Part shown: positions 39,376 to 48,901 of the stretch, in pieces
Numbering within the stretch: the stretch's first letter is position 1
Layout of the letters: every line of letters starts with the position of its first letter
Assembly (NCBI GenBank): GCA_025061835.1
Contig: JANXAC010000006.1
Span: 33,181 to 97,180, forward strand
Length of the DNA stretch: 64,000 nt
Reading direction: 5' to 3'
Origin: Spirochaetota bacterium
GTDB taxonomy: Bacteria > Spirochaetota > Brevinematia > DTOW01
Notes under the pieces: generated by a model
The model's input: the letters and a program-made list of their open reading frames with translations, nothing else
What the model was told of the DNA's origin: nothing
Database searches by the model: none
Made by a program: the position numbers and the translations under genes

Positions 39376-40002
39376 TCATTGATTTAATACATCCCTTAAC
39401 TTTGATATTATTTGACTTATCCTATCTCGTTTTAGGTAGAAAGCCTTTTTGTTGGCTATTAGTCTTGAAGTAGACTCAAATATTTCGTCAATTACGACAA
39501 GTTCATTCTCCCTTAATGTTGTTCCTGTGGATGTTATATCAACTATGAATTCACTCAATCCTGTTATAGGTCCAAGTTCAACAGAACCATATAACTCAAT
39601 TATTTTGGGTTCAATTTCCTTTGCTCGGAAATAGGATCTTGTTATATTAGGTAGTTTCGTCGCTACCTTGATGGAGGGAGACACTAGTTCCTTTTTCTCC
39701 TTTCCAGCAAGTACAATCTTACAATAACCAAACTTTAGGTCCAGAAGCGAAAAAACTTCAGGGTCATACTCAACCAAAAGGTCATAACCTACCACTCCTA
39801 GGTCAGATATGCCTTCAACCGTGTATGTTATAACATCTTTCGCTCTTACTAGTAAAAATTTAATCTTTGCACCTAAATCGGAAACCAAAAGTTTTCTAGA
39901 GTCGTCTTTCAATTTCTCTTTTAGTATTCCAGCTCTAGCAAGGATGTCAACTGTATCTTCAAAGAGCCTTCCCTTTGGAACAGATATCACTATTGTATCC
40001 AT
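39376..40002 (-). CDS. hisG: ATP phosphoribosyltransferase (short form)
   Basis: VISVPKGRLFEDTVDILARAGI ... GISDLGVVGYDLL ... LGPITGLSEFIVDITSTGTTLRENEL. Start moved to MDTIV. Confidence 0.8.
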   Translation of the reverse strand: MDTIVISVPKGRLFEDTVDILARAGILKEKLKDDSRKLLVSDLGAKIKFLLVRAKDVITYTVEGISDLGVVGYDLLVEYDPEVFSLLDLKFGYCKIVLAGKEKKELVSPSIKVATKLPNITRSYFRAKEIEPKIIELYGSVELGPITGLSEFIVDITSTGTTLRENELVVIDEIFESTSRLIANKKAFYLKRDRISQIISKLRDVLNQ

Positions 40003-40176
40003 ACTGTAATTATCAATCAATCATTAAATACCTATCAAAAACCTAGAATTCTTAATAATGAAATTCAAATTCCATTAGTATTCACAAGCATTACATACAT
40101 TTTTTGAACACCTTCTAGTTATATTGAAAGTCTCATACCATAAATTTACTATATTAGAAGGTTTATAGGTGAGTCT

Positions 40177-41670
40177 ATGGGAAAACTCTACAACAGTTTA
40201 CCTAATAGTTTTATTAAATCTGTATTAGAAGGTGAGAATGAAGAATTAGTTGAGAAGTTGCTTGAAAACAAAAAACTTTTTGAGACCGAACAAGACAAGG
40301 ATAAGAAAATCATGTATAAGGAGAGGTTTTCAAGTTCTTTTTGGGAGATATATAATGAGATCTTGCTAAAGATAGGGACACAATGGTTTGACAAGACACC
40401 TCTTCCAAAGAGGTTATTCATTAGGTTCGGAATACTTGATCTTAAGTATCTCAGCGTTGAAGATCAGGAAATGATAAAATCTGTTCCTTTGAAGAAAATG
40501 GATAGTGATGATGATGTCTATAACTCTATTTACTATGTAGATGAGTGGATTGAGGCTATCGGAAAAGGTAAGATAGAAGCAAGCACTACCGATGAATTAC
40601 CTAAAAAGAGAAAGAAAACGGGGGGGATGAGTGATGCTGACAAAGAAAAGTTTGAAAGAAAGAGAGGTATTTTAGAAGCAGAGATGTCAGGGCTCAAGGA
40701 ACTTTTAAGAAGAAGACAGCTTCTTGAAGAAACTATACTTCACGACGTTAAGAGAGTCCACGACTTCTCTAGAATGTTTGATGAGATATCTGAAAACAAC
40801 TATTCTGTGAGTTATTCTCAAACGGAGGAAGATACACTTCAAAAAGTTTCTGAGAATGTTAGAGAGGTTATCCGAATAAATAAAGAAATAAATACCATTC
40901 AGCAGAAAGTAGATAAAGTATTAGAAGAGATAAGAAAAATTGAAGCAACACTGGTTAACAATGGTATAGAGGAAGAGTATGAAGTAGATACTTCTACTAT
41001 AAGCACTGAAATACAAACTATAAGGCAGATGACGAAGATGTGCGTTGGAAGACAGGGTAACCACTTCCCAGTCCTTACATCAAGTATGTTACCAAGATCA
41101 CACCTAAAACCTAATTTCAGAGACAATGCTACACAATATATCAAGAGTATATGGGAACTCGATCCTGAAATATTTGATAGAAGAACTAGATCATCTCAAC
41201 TTAAAATAGTCCCATATTTCATTCTAACTATTGGATATGGTAATTATGGAATATGTTGGGAACCATTCAACAAATTTAACAAAATCTCAAGCAAAGGACG
41301 AATAGCAATACCGATATTTTCAAGGAATCCTAAGGAAGTTATAGTTATAGGGCTTGGAGATTTTAGATGGAATATGGCAAAGGAGATGGCTGGCTACCAT
41401 TGGATGGAAGAAGGGCTTACTGGCGATTATTATCAGTATCATGACTCAATAAAATGGAAGGGTGACCTTAGATCAAAGTTTATATACGACTATTACCTCT
41501 GGATTATGAAGGAAAGTGAAGGTATCCAAAAACTCGAGAAAGAAGTAAGAAGAATTTTCTGGTTTAAAATCCCATTCCCAGACAAATTGAAGGAGGAGCT
41601 TAGCAAAAAAGGCTACTACTACCAAGACCTTTACAAGAAAGAGGAAACCAAAAAGCAATCAGGGTATTAG
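40177..41670 (+). CDS. hypothetical protein, large, coiled-coil middle region, no recognised domain
   Basis: 497-aa ORF with good coding periodicity, flanked by 150-bp and 300-bp intergenic regions. Central region is heptad-rich (EAEMSGLKELLRRRQLLEE...). Aromatic-rich C-terminal third (GYGNYGICWEPFNKF...). No enzyme motifs recognised. Confidence 0.5.
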   Translation: MGKLYNSLPNSFIKSVLEGENEELVEKLLENKKLFETEQDKDKKIMYKERFSSSFWEIYNEILLKIGTQWFDKTPLPKRLFIRFGILDLKYLSVEDQEMIKSVPLKKMDSDDDVYNSIYYVDEWIEAIGKGKIEASTTDELPKKRKKTGGMSDADKEKFERKRGILEAEMSGLKELLRRRQLLEETILHDVKRVHDFSRMFDEISENNYSVSYSQTEEDTLQKVSENVREVIRINKEINTIQQKVDKVLEEIRKIEATLVNNGIEEEYEVDTSTISTEIQTIRQMTKMCVGRQGNHFPVLTSSMLPRSHLKPNFRDNATQYIKSIWELDPEIFDRRTRSSQLKIVPYFILTIGYGNYGICWEPFNKFNKISSKGRIAIPIFSRNPKEVIVIGLGDFRWNMAKEMAGYHWMEEGLTGDYYQYHDSIKWKGDLRSKFIYDYYLWIMKESEGIQKLEKEVRRIFWFKIPFPDKLKEELSKKGYYYQDLYKKEETKKQSGY

Positions 41671-41975
41671 AGGATTAGAATCATAAACAATAATTCAAAT
41701 TACTAACTCACTAACTTTGATTCTATATAGTATTCGTTGCTCCCAAGAATTCACTCTATACTAGATCTTTTGGCCGCTTCTTAAGAGGAGTATTTTAACG
41801 ATTTTCTATAGAGATTGAAATAGAAAAGGAAATAGGAATAAAACTTATCCCCTTATGATTTTCTGAATTCACTAGTGGATTGAATTTTATTTAGATTTAT
41901 CTAACAAAGACTCCATCACAAATTCAGTCAATTCTTCTTGTAAGATTACATTAGACAAGATTAAAATTTAATACT

Positions 41976-42209
41976 ATGAAATACAGAATAAACGTTTTTC
42001 TAAAAAACAATGTTTTTGACCCACAAGGAAATGCTATCATGAGAGTTCTACATAATCTTGGCTATAAAAGTGTAAATGATGTTAGAGTAGGTAAAGTTTT
42101 CCTAATTGACATAAGCGAAGACAGTGAGAATATCATAAAGAAAATATCCGAAGATGTTTTTTCAAACCCCGTTATAGAGAAGTTTGAAATAGAAAAGTTG
42201 GAGGGTTAG
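41976..42209 (+). CDS. purS: phosphoribosylformylglycinamidine synthase subunit PurS
   Basis: 77 aa. MKYRINVFLKNNVFDPQGNAIMRVLHNLGYKSVNDVRVGKVFLIDI follows the PurS consensus (V.V.LK.GVLDPQG.A...L..LGF..V.DVRVGK). Confidence 0.75.
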   Translation: MKYRINVFLKNNVFDPQGNAIMRVLHNLGYKSVNDVRVGKVFLIDISEDSENIIKKISEDVFSNPVIEKFEIEKLEG

Positions 42210-42210
42210 T

Positions 42211-44964
42211 ATGGATTACAAAGACACATTAAACCTACCTTCCACAACATTTCCGATGAAAGCAAACCTTCCTCAAAGAGAACCAGAATTTATAAAGTTA
42301 TGGAAAGATAAGAGGGTATATGAGAGAACGCTTGAAAGTAGAAGCAAGTCAAAACCATACATCCTTCACGATGGTCCTCCTTACGCAAATGGGCATATTC
42401 ACATAGGTCACGCACTTAATAAAATACTCAAGGACATAATAGTCAAAAATAAACTTCTTGAAGGATATTACTCTATATTCGTTCCTGGGTGGGATTGTCA
42501 TGGTCTTCCGATTGAACTACAAGTAACGAAAAATCTTGGCAACAAAGCAGAGCATACCTCACCAACAGAGATAAGAAAGTTGAGTAGAGAATATGCAACA
42601 AGATACATAAACATCCAGAGAGAAGAGTTTATAAGACTTGGGATTTTTGGACTTTGGGATAAGCCATACTTAACGATGTCAAAGGATTATGAAGCAAACA
42701 TCGCAAGAATGCTAATTGAACTATATGACAGAGGTTATATTTACAAAGGTTTTAAACCTATACACTGGTGCTTCAGTTGTAAAACAGCACTCGCCGAAGC
42801 AGAGATAGAATACTACGAAAAGGAATCTCCATCAATCTATGTTAAATTCCCTGTCTTGAATAACACTTTAGTAGATGGTAAGTTATTTGTCTTGATATGG
42901 ACAACTACACCTTGGACGCTACCAGGTAATACTGCAGTTGCTTTTAGTGAAGAGCTTGAGTATGCCATTGCTTCATTCAAAGATGATGAGTATTACATCA
43001 TAGCAGAACCACTTCTGGATAGTGTAGCAGGAAAAGTTGGAAAGGCTTGGAAATCAATAAAGGGGGTCAGTTTGAATGATATAAGAAATCTTGTAGTTAA
43101 ACATCCTTTTGAGGAAAGAGAATCAAAAGTTGTCTTCGGTGAGCATGTCTCTGCTGAAACTGGAACTGGTATAGTCCATACTGCTCCAGGACACGGAACC
43201 GAAGACTATGAGATAGGAGTTAGATATAAATTACCTATCCTATCACCAGTAGATGACTACGGTAGATTCACAGATGAAGTTTCTGAGTGGAAAGGAATAC
43301 ATGTTTTTGAAGCAAACCAACAGATAATAGAATATCTAGACAAGGTTGGAATGCTACTTCAATACGAGAAATACAAACATCAGTATCCTCACTGTTGGAG
43401 ATGTAAAAATCCTGTGATATTCAGAGCAAAACCACAATGGTTTTTCAATGTGAACAATCCAGAACTTAAGCAAAAAGCATTAGAAGGAATAAACAGTGTG
43501 AAATGGTTTCCAAGTTGGGGTAAGAATAGAATAGAGGCGATGGTAAAAAATAGAACTGATTGGTGTCTTTCAAGACAGAGAGCATGGGGTGTTCCAATAC
43601 CTGCTATAACTTGTAAAAAATGTGGTAAAACCTATCTAGGTGGTGAATGGGGTAAGCATATCTATAATATCTTTCTAAAAGAAGGTATAGATGTTTGGTT
43701 TGAAAAGGATATAAAGGACTTGATAGGAGACTTCAGATGTGAGTGTGGAAGTGATGAGTTTGAGAAAGAGAGAGACATCGTTGATGTTTGGTTTGACTCT
43801 GGAGTAAGCAGCTTCTGTGTTCTTGATGAAAGAGAAGAATTATCTTCACCTGCTGATCTCTATCTTGAAGGTTCAGACCAACACAGAGGTTGGTTTCAGT
43901 CATCTCTCTGGCCCTCTGTTGCTATAAGAGGAATTCCACCATACAAGAATGTGCTAACACACGGGTTTGTCCTTGATGAACAAGGAAGAGCGATGCACAA
44001 GTCCCTTGGTAATGTAGTATCTCCTGAAGAAGTTATTAAGAAATACGGAGCAGATGTCCTTAGACTTTGGGTTGTATCCGAAGACTACACCGAAGACTTG
44101 CGAATCGGAGAACACATACTAGAAAAAGTTGTTGATGCTTACAGAAAAATCAGAAATACCTTCAGATACTTGCTATCAAATCTATACGATTTTAATCTTT
44201 CAGATATGCTTTCTTACGAAAAACTTACTGACATTGATAAATGGGCTTTAGATAAACTCTACAAGACAATGAAAGAAATAAGAGAAAACTATAACAACTA
44301 TGAATTCAACAAAGTTTTCAGAAAAATCTATGACTTCTGTAACATAGATTTGAGTGCTTTCTACTTTGATGTCTTAAAAGATAGGTTATACACCGGTAGG
44401 AAAGATGGTATAAAGAGAAGAAGCTCACAGACTGCGATGTATTATATACTTATACACCTTGTCAAAGCAGTTGCACCAATACTCTCATTCACAGCAGAGG
44501 ATGTTTGGCAAAACTTCTTCAAGGATAGGCTAGGAACAGACTCTGTATTCTTTACCGAGTATGAAGAAGTTAAGGAAGAGTGGAAGAATGACGAGATAAG
44601 TAGAAAATTTGAATACCTAATTCTATCACGAGATGCTACATTAAAAGCACTTGAGATAGCCAGAAGAGATAATCTTATAAACTCATCTCTTGAAGCAAAG
44701 GTCTTCATATACTCAAAAGACAAGAATTTACTAAGCATTTTTGAAGAGTATAAAAAAGACTTATGGGAAATGTTCATAGTTTCGCAGGTTGAAGTAATAG
44801 ATGGAGTATCATCAAAGATAAATTATGAAGAAAATAATATTAAGGTTGGTATTGATAGAGTTGAAGGTAAAAAATGTGAAAGATGTTGGATTTACTCACC
44901 TACTGTCGGTCAAAATTCCCAACACCCAACGATATGTCAGAAATGCATTGAAGCAATATCTTAA
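42211..44964 (+). CDS. ileS: isoleucyl-tRNA synthetase (type 1, with C-terminal zinc ribbon)
   Basis: HIGH motif (PYANGHIHIGHALN), class I editing domain, KMSKS-like (MHKSLGN), C-terminal CERCW...CQKC. 917 aa. Confidence 0.95.
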   Translation: MDYKDTLNLPSTTFPMKANLPQREPEFIKLWKDKRVYERTLESRSKSKPYILHDGPPYANGHIHIGHALNKILKDIIVKNKLLEGYYSIFVPGWDCHGLPIELQVTKNLGNKAEHTSPTEIRKLSREYATRYINIQREEFIRLGIFGLWDKPYLTMSKDYEANIARMLIELYDRGYIYKGFKPIHWCFSCKTALAEAEIEYYEKESPSIYVKFPVLNNTLVDGKLFVLIWTTTPWTLPGNTAVAFSEELEYAIASFKDDEYYIIAEPLLDSVAGKVGKAWKSIKGVSLNDIRNLVVKHPFEERESKVVFGEHVSAETGTGIVHTAPGHGTEDYEIGVRYKLPILSPVDDYGRFTDEVSEWKGIHVFEANQQIIEYLDKVGMLLQYEKYKHQYPHCWRCKNPVIFRAKPQWFFNVNNPELKQKALEGINSVKWFPSWGKNRIEAMVKNRTDWCLSRQRAWGVPIPAITCKKCGKTYLGGEWGKHIYNIFLKEGIDVWFEKDIKDLIGDFRCECGSDEFEKERDIVDVWFDSGVSSFCVLDEREELSSPADLYLEGSDQHRGWFQSSLWPSVAIRGIPPYKNVLTHGFVLDEQGRAMHKSLGNVVSPEEVIKKYGADVLRLWVVSEDYTEDLRIGEHILEKVVDAYRKIRNTFRYLLSNLYDFNLSDMLSYEKLTDIDKWALDKLYKTMKEIRENYNNYEFNKVFRKIYDFCNIDLSAFYFDVLKDRLYTGRKDGIKRRSSQTAMYYILIHLVKAVAPILSFTAEDVWQNFFKDRLGTDSVFFTEYEEVKEEWKNDEISRKFEYLILSRDATLKALEIARRDNLINSSLEAKVFIYSKDKNLLSIFEEYKKDLWEMFIVSQVEVIDGVSSKINYEENNIKVGIDRVEGKKCERCWIYSPTVGQNSQHPTICQKCIEAIS

Positions 44965-44997
44965 TTATCCTAACTTCTAACATAAGAACCAATTCTT

Positions 44998-46485
44998 CTA
45001 ATTTCTTATTACTTTCTTATCTTTTTGCTTCTTCCTCTTCTTATCTTTTTCTGTCTTCTTCTTTGCTATCTGTTCGTTATCAAACCTCTTCCTGAGACCT
45101 TGAGGCATTGAATAGAAACTTAAGACATTGAATATACTGGGATTAGTGGAGGATATGTAAATGTTCGTGATAGATACATTATCAATATACTTACTCATCA
45201 TTTCACCAGTGTAGTCAGTTAAATTTGACATAGCATTGGAAATTACGATATTCGTAAGCCTTTTGAGTTTCACAAACCAAACATCTTTAAGCGTTTTCTC
45301 ATTATACATAGTGCCTGATATGTATATGAAATTACTATCTACCGATATACCGTAAGGCATTTCGTCATAACTGAAAGAGTAGAACTCTTCCCATCTTATG
45401 TTAAAGTTAGTATCTGTCTCAAAAACAAAGATGTTGTTTGCAGTGTATGGGTCAAACATTGTACCAGTTGCAAAGAAGCTATCTCCAAACTTGAACAAGG
45501 AAGATATACTCCCATTTTTATATGTTTTAACCCATTCAATATCACCATTGGTCCTAACCTTCACAAGAGAGAAGTGTCTAGCGGGTGTTGATATTATAAC
45601 ACCGTCATCCACTTTCAGAACGAAATTAGGTGTCTCCGCAAATTTCGTCCCATAAACTTTTGCCCAGTTCAAATTGTCATTCCTAAACGATAAAATAAGA
45701 ATATCAGTCTCACCAAAACCAAACGACTTTGATTCACCTACAATCCAATACTCCAAGTTATCAAACTCAACTATACTCAAGGGTGTCTCTTTTAGATTAC
45801 CTGTCAATACTATGACATTTGTAAAATCCCCATCTCTTGAAATTCTGACAACAGCAAGAGACAAAACATTTGAAATTATACCCTCTGTAGAAAACGATAG
45901 TATAATGTCTCCGTTTTTTAGAGTTTTGACAACAGGAGATATATCTTTCCTAGAAACACTCTTTAGAACTAAATCCCATTCAATAGAGAAGTTCGTTATC
46001 TTAAGAAGATAAACTGATTTTTCATTCCTAGAGTATATCTCGCCGGACAAATAGATTTTATCACCGTCAACATCAAAATTCAAACCTACCTCATCAAAGT
46101 TATCCTTGCCAACTACTAAATCTCTAACTATAGAGCCATCTCTGTCAATGATGAAAAACCAAATATCACTTAGATTGTTTTTTCTAACTTTACTACCAAC
46201 AAAATACGATTTGCCCTTGACAAATTTCTCGTAATAAATGCTGTCATCTTTTATATCACCATATATCCTGTAGGAAAATAACTCGTTTATAAGAAGTGTA
46301 TTTGTTTGAGTTGTGTCTTCTTTCTTCGGGTTTAGAATGTTATCATCAACAAAATTCCTAAATTTCTTATCGTTATAATAAAGAGCAAATAATATAAATA
46401 AAGCCGTCTGAACGAATAGCAGAATTGATAGAAGTACCACCACAAATTTGAGTCTATTCATAAACTTATTCTTTATCACCTTCAA
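44998..46485 (-). CDS. hypothetical membrane-anchored beta-propeller-like protein with Lys-rich C-terminal tail
   Basis: N-terminal TM helix. About 400 aa of repeated roughly 45-aa units (..DG.I...G...d.W..K..), resembling a beta-propeller. C-terminal KKKTEKDKKRKKQKDKK. Confidence 0.4.
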   Translation of the reverse strand: MKVIKNKFMNRLKFVVVLLSILLFVQTALFILFALYYNDKKFRNFVDDNILNPKKEDTTQTNTLLINELFSYRIYGDIKDDSIYYEKFVKGKSYFVGSKVRKNNLSDIWFFIIDRDGSIVRDLVVGKDNFDEVGLNFDVDGDKIYLSGEIYSRNEKSVYLLKITNFSIEWDLVLKSVSRKDISPVVKTLKNGDIILSFSTEGIISNVLSLAVVRISRDGDFTNVIVLTGNLKETPLSIVEFDNLEYWIVGESKSFGFGETDILILSFRNDNLNWAKVYGTKFAETPNFVLKVDDGVIISTPARHFSLVKVRTNGDIEWVKTYKNGSISSLFKFGDSFFATGTMFDPYTANNIFVFETDTNFNIRWEEFYSFSYDEMPYGISVDSNFIYISGTMYNEKTLKDVWFVKLKRLTNIVISNAMSNLTDYTGEMMSKYIDNVSITNIYISSTNPSIFNVLSFYSMPQGLRKRFDNEQIAKKKTEKDKKRKKQKDKKVIRN

Positions 46486-46694
46486 TCAGTATTACAAATT
46501 ACTAACTGAAGCAAAAAATATCCACTAGTCTAAAAGATTGAAAAATCTTTCACAAACAAAATTACCAATTTAAAGTTCTCTATATCACCTATCAATAAAA
46601 CGTTGAATACATTTATCCAACTTTTAGTTGAAATGGATACAGATACAAAAGAAAACCAAAAATTGGTCAAGAACTTTGCAGAATTCTAACCAGA

Positions 46695-47126
46695 TTACAC
46701 AGTTGATCTCATAACTAATTCTATCTTTCGCGCGTTTCTGTTATACATTTCTATAAGTAGATTGTATCTCATAGCATTTTTAGTGAAATCCACCATCTCT
46801 TTGTCTATATCAACACCATTTTTATCGTTTCTATAGAAAGTATCATAATCTATGCTTATTCTGGGTCTTACCGTCCTATAGTCTATTTTTTCTTCAAAAG
46901 GTATATGCTTAGTGTGTGTCATTCTTGCGGGGTATTCGGTCTTTCTCTCGGATTCTAGTGCTCTCTTGAGTTGAGACTCAAAACTGACTTCTGCTCTCCT
47001 AAATCCAGGTGTGTCTGCGTTAGCGATGTTGTCGGATATAACATTGTGTCTTATTATAACTGCATTCAAGTCTCTCTTTATAAGGTCAAGTAATTTACCA
47101 TCCTTGTTAGTAGTAGAAAATATCAT
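46695..47126 (-). CDS. flgB: flagellar basal-body rod protein FlgB
   Basis: NVISDNIANADTPGFRRAEVSFE N-terminal rod motif and NGVDIDKEMVDFTKNAMRYN C-terminal motif. 143 aa. No flgC/fliE adjacent. Confidence 0.65.
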   Translation of the reverse strand: MIFSTTNKDGKLLDLIKRDLNAVIIRHNVISDNIANADTPGFRRAEVSFESQLKRALESERKTEYPARMTHTKHIPFEEKIDYRTVRPRISIDYDTFYRNDKNGVDIDKEMVDFTKNAMRYNLLIEMYNRNARKIELVMRSTV

Positions 47127-47191
47127 ATTTATGATTTTCGTTTAAAAATTCTCAAACTTCAGTATTTATAGTAGTTTTATCCTTTGAAAGT

Positions 47192-47719
47192 CTATATCTT
47201 CAAGAGTGTTAATAATTCAAAGAAAATATATCCTCGGTATGATGTATAAATACCTACATTGTAGCCAAACTTAGCACCAAGTTTAAGGCTACGACTAAAG
47301 GAGTATGTTGATGTTAGGTTAGGTCTAAAGTTTGCTCCCAGACTTCCAAGACTAGATAGGTTGTTAAAAGCACTGCTATAAGAGAAGTACAAATCTAGTC
47401 CAAAACCGAGATTGATTTTATCAAAGATGAGTAGATATTCTCCCGATAGTAAAAACCCAAAGTCAATCATATCAACATAATAGTCATTATCGCTACCCCT
47501 TGCATAATGAAAACTCAATCCTCCCCCTAGGTAAATCGGAAGATCAACTTTGAAAAATTCATACATTCCATCTCTTACAACAAAATCAGTCATAATTCCA
47601 ATACCATCTCGGTAAAAAGGCATACCTAGACCAATCGCAACTTCAACACTATGAGCAGTGCTTGTTAAAACTGCAAAAACTAGAAAAATCATCACAACCT
47701 TAACTATCTTATTTTTCAT
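47192..47719 (-). CDS. small secreted beta-barrel-like protein (8-strand OMP-like)
   Basis: Signal peptide (AHS/VE). 175 aa of G/Y/F-rich alternating strands, ends ...LLTLLKI. Confidence 0.4.
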   Translation of the reverse strand: MKNKIVKVVMIFLVFAVLTSTAHSVEVAIGLGMPFYRDGIGIMTDFVVRDGMYEFFKVDLPIYLGGGLSFHYARGSDNDYYVDMIDFGFLLSGEYLLIFDKINLGFGLDLYFSYSSAFNNLSSLGSLGANFRPNLTSTYSFSRSLKLGAKFGYNVGIYTSYRGYIFFELLTLLKI

Positions 47720-47924
47720 AATTACCTCCTCAACTAATTAAAGATAATAAAAAAGCTACTCATTAGATTCAAGAGATTCAAGTTGTTCAGACCGAAGCCT
47801 GATAAATTGATTTCGTTTTGGGTTAAACGACAAATAGTGGTCAAGAACATTTAACTTTAAGTTCAATTTATTCTTGCTAAAAATATATTGAAAAGCGCAT
47901 CTATATTTGTTAAATTTATGTTTA

Positions 47925-48122
47925 ATGATACTTACGGTTAATGGAGAAAAAAGAGAGATGAGTCAAAGCAATCTCAAGGAGATTGTAGAAGCATTAGGCT
48001 TTGATACAGATAGGTATGTTGTTGTTTTGAATGGAGAGATTGTGCCTAAAAGTAAAGTAAAGGAAGTAGTAGTTAAAGAAGGTGATGATATTGAGATACT
48101 TACCATAATGGGAGGCGGATAA
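47925..48122 (+). CDS. thiS: sulfur carrier protein ThiS
   Basis: 65 aa, MILTVNGEK...ILTIMGGG with C-terminal Gly-Gly. Stop overlaps the thiG start (TAATG). Confidence 0.7.
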   Translation: MILTVNGEKREMSQSNLKEIVEALGFDTDRYVVVLNGEIVPKSKVKEVVVKEGDDIEILTIMGGG

Positions 48123-48901
48123 TGGAAGACAAACTCGTTCTAGGAGGTGTGTCATTCACTAGTAGGTTAATAATAGGAACTGGTAAATTCAGTAAGTATG
48201 ACTACATACCAGAGATAATATACAAAACTGGCTGTGAATTAGTGACGGTAGCCGTTAGGAGAGCAAGAGACGGTGTTCAAAAACCTCTCAAGGACTACAT
48301 ACCCGAAGGAACAAAAATTCTAGTGAATACATCTGGTGCTAGGAATGCGGAAGAAGCGTTGAAAATTGCGAGAATAGGAAGAGAATTATTAGGAAGCGAT
48401 CTTATAAAGATTGAAATTATACCTGACACGAAATATCTTATGCCCGACAATAGAGAGGTTATAAAGGCTTGCGAACTACTGTCAAACGATGGATTTAAAC
48501 CATTTCCTTATATGATGCCGGATTTGGTTTCTGCGAGATATATGGTTAAAGCAGGTGCGGTTTGTGTGATGCCACTAGGGGCACCTATTGGCACGAACAA
48601 AGGATTGCTTACAAAATATTTCATTGAGATGTTGAAATCCGAACTTGAAGTTCCTGTAATTGTTGATGCTGGTATAGGGAAACCATCTCAAGCAGCGGAG
48701 GCTATGGAGCTAGGAGTTGATGCAGTATTAGTCAACACTGCTATTGCAACGGCTAAAGATCCTGTAAGGATAGCGATAGCATTCGCAAAAGCAGTTGAAG
48801 CAGGAAGGATAGCATACCTTGCCGGTATGCCATCCGAAAAACCTTTCGCAGAGCCATCCTCACCTATGGAGGAGTATCTCACCGGTTTCTTGAAGAAGTA
48901 A
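48122..48901 (+). CDS. thiG: thiazole synthase
   Basis: LVLGGVSFTSRLIIGTGKF N-terminus and TIM-barrel ThiG blocks. 259 aa. Confidence 0.9.
   Translation: MEDKLVLGGVSFTSRLIIGTGKFSKYDYIPEIIYKTGCELVTVAVRRARDGVQKPLKDYIPEGTKILVNTSGARNAEEALKIARIGRELLGSDLIKIEIIPDTKYLMPDNREVIKACELLSNDGFKPFPYMMPDLVSARYMVKAGAVCVMPLGAPIGTNKGLLTKYFIEMLKSELEVPVIVDAGIGKPSQAAEAMELGVDAVLVNTAIATAKDPVRIAIAFAKAVEAGRIAYLAGMPSEKPFAEPSSPMEEYLTGFLKK

Noticed and set aside
41740-41885. Cluster of cloning-type sites (GAATTC, ACTAGATCT, GGCCGC, GAATTCACTAGTGG) resembling a synthetic or BioBrick-like scar upstream of purS
   Set aside because: Sites are not in any standard prefix, suffix or scar arrangement. Hexamers such as GAATTC are frequent by chance in AT-rich DNA. 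No flanking vector-like sequence.
47720-47924. Expected TPP riboswitch upstream of thiS-thiG
   Set aside because: No CTGAGA / ACCTGATCTGGATAATGCCAGCG-like core was found by eye in the 205-bp leader. Cannot be excluded without cmsearch.
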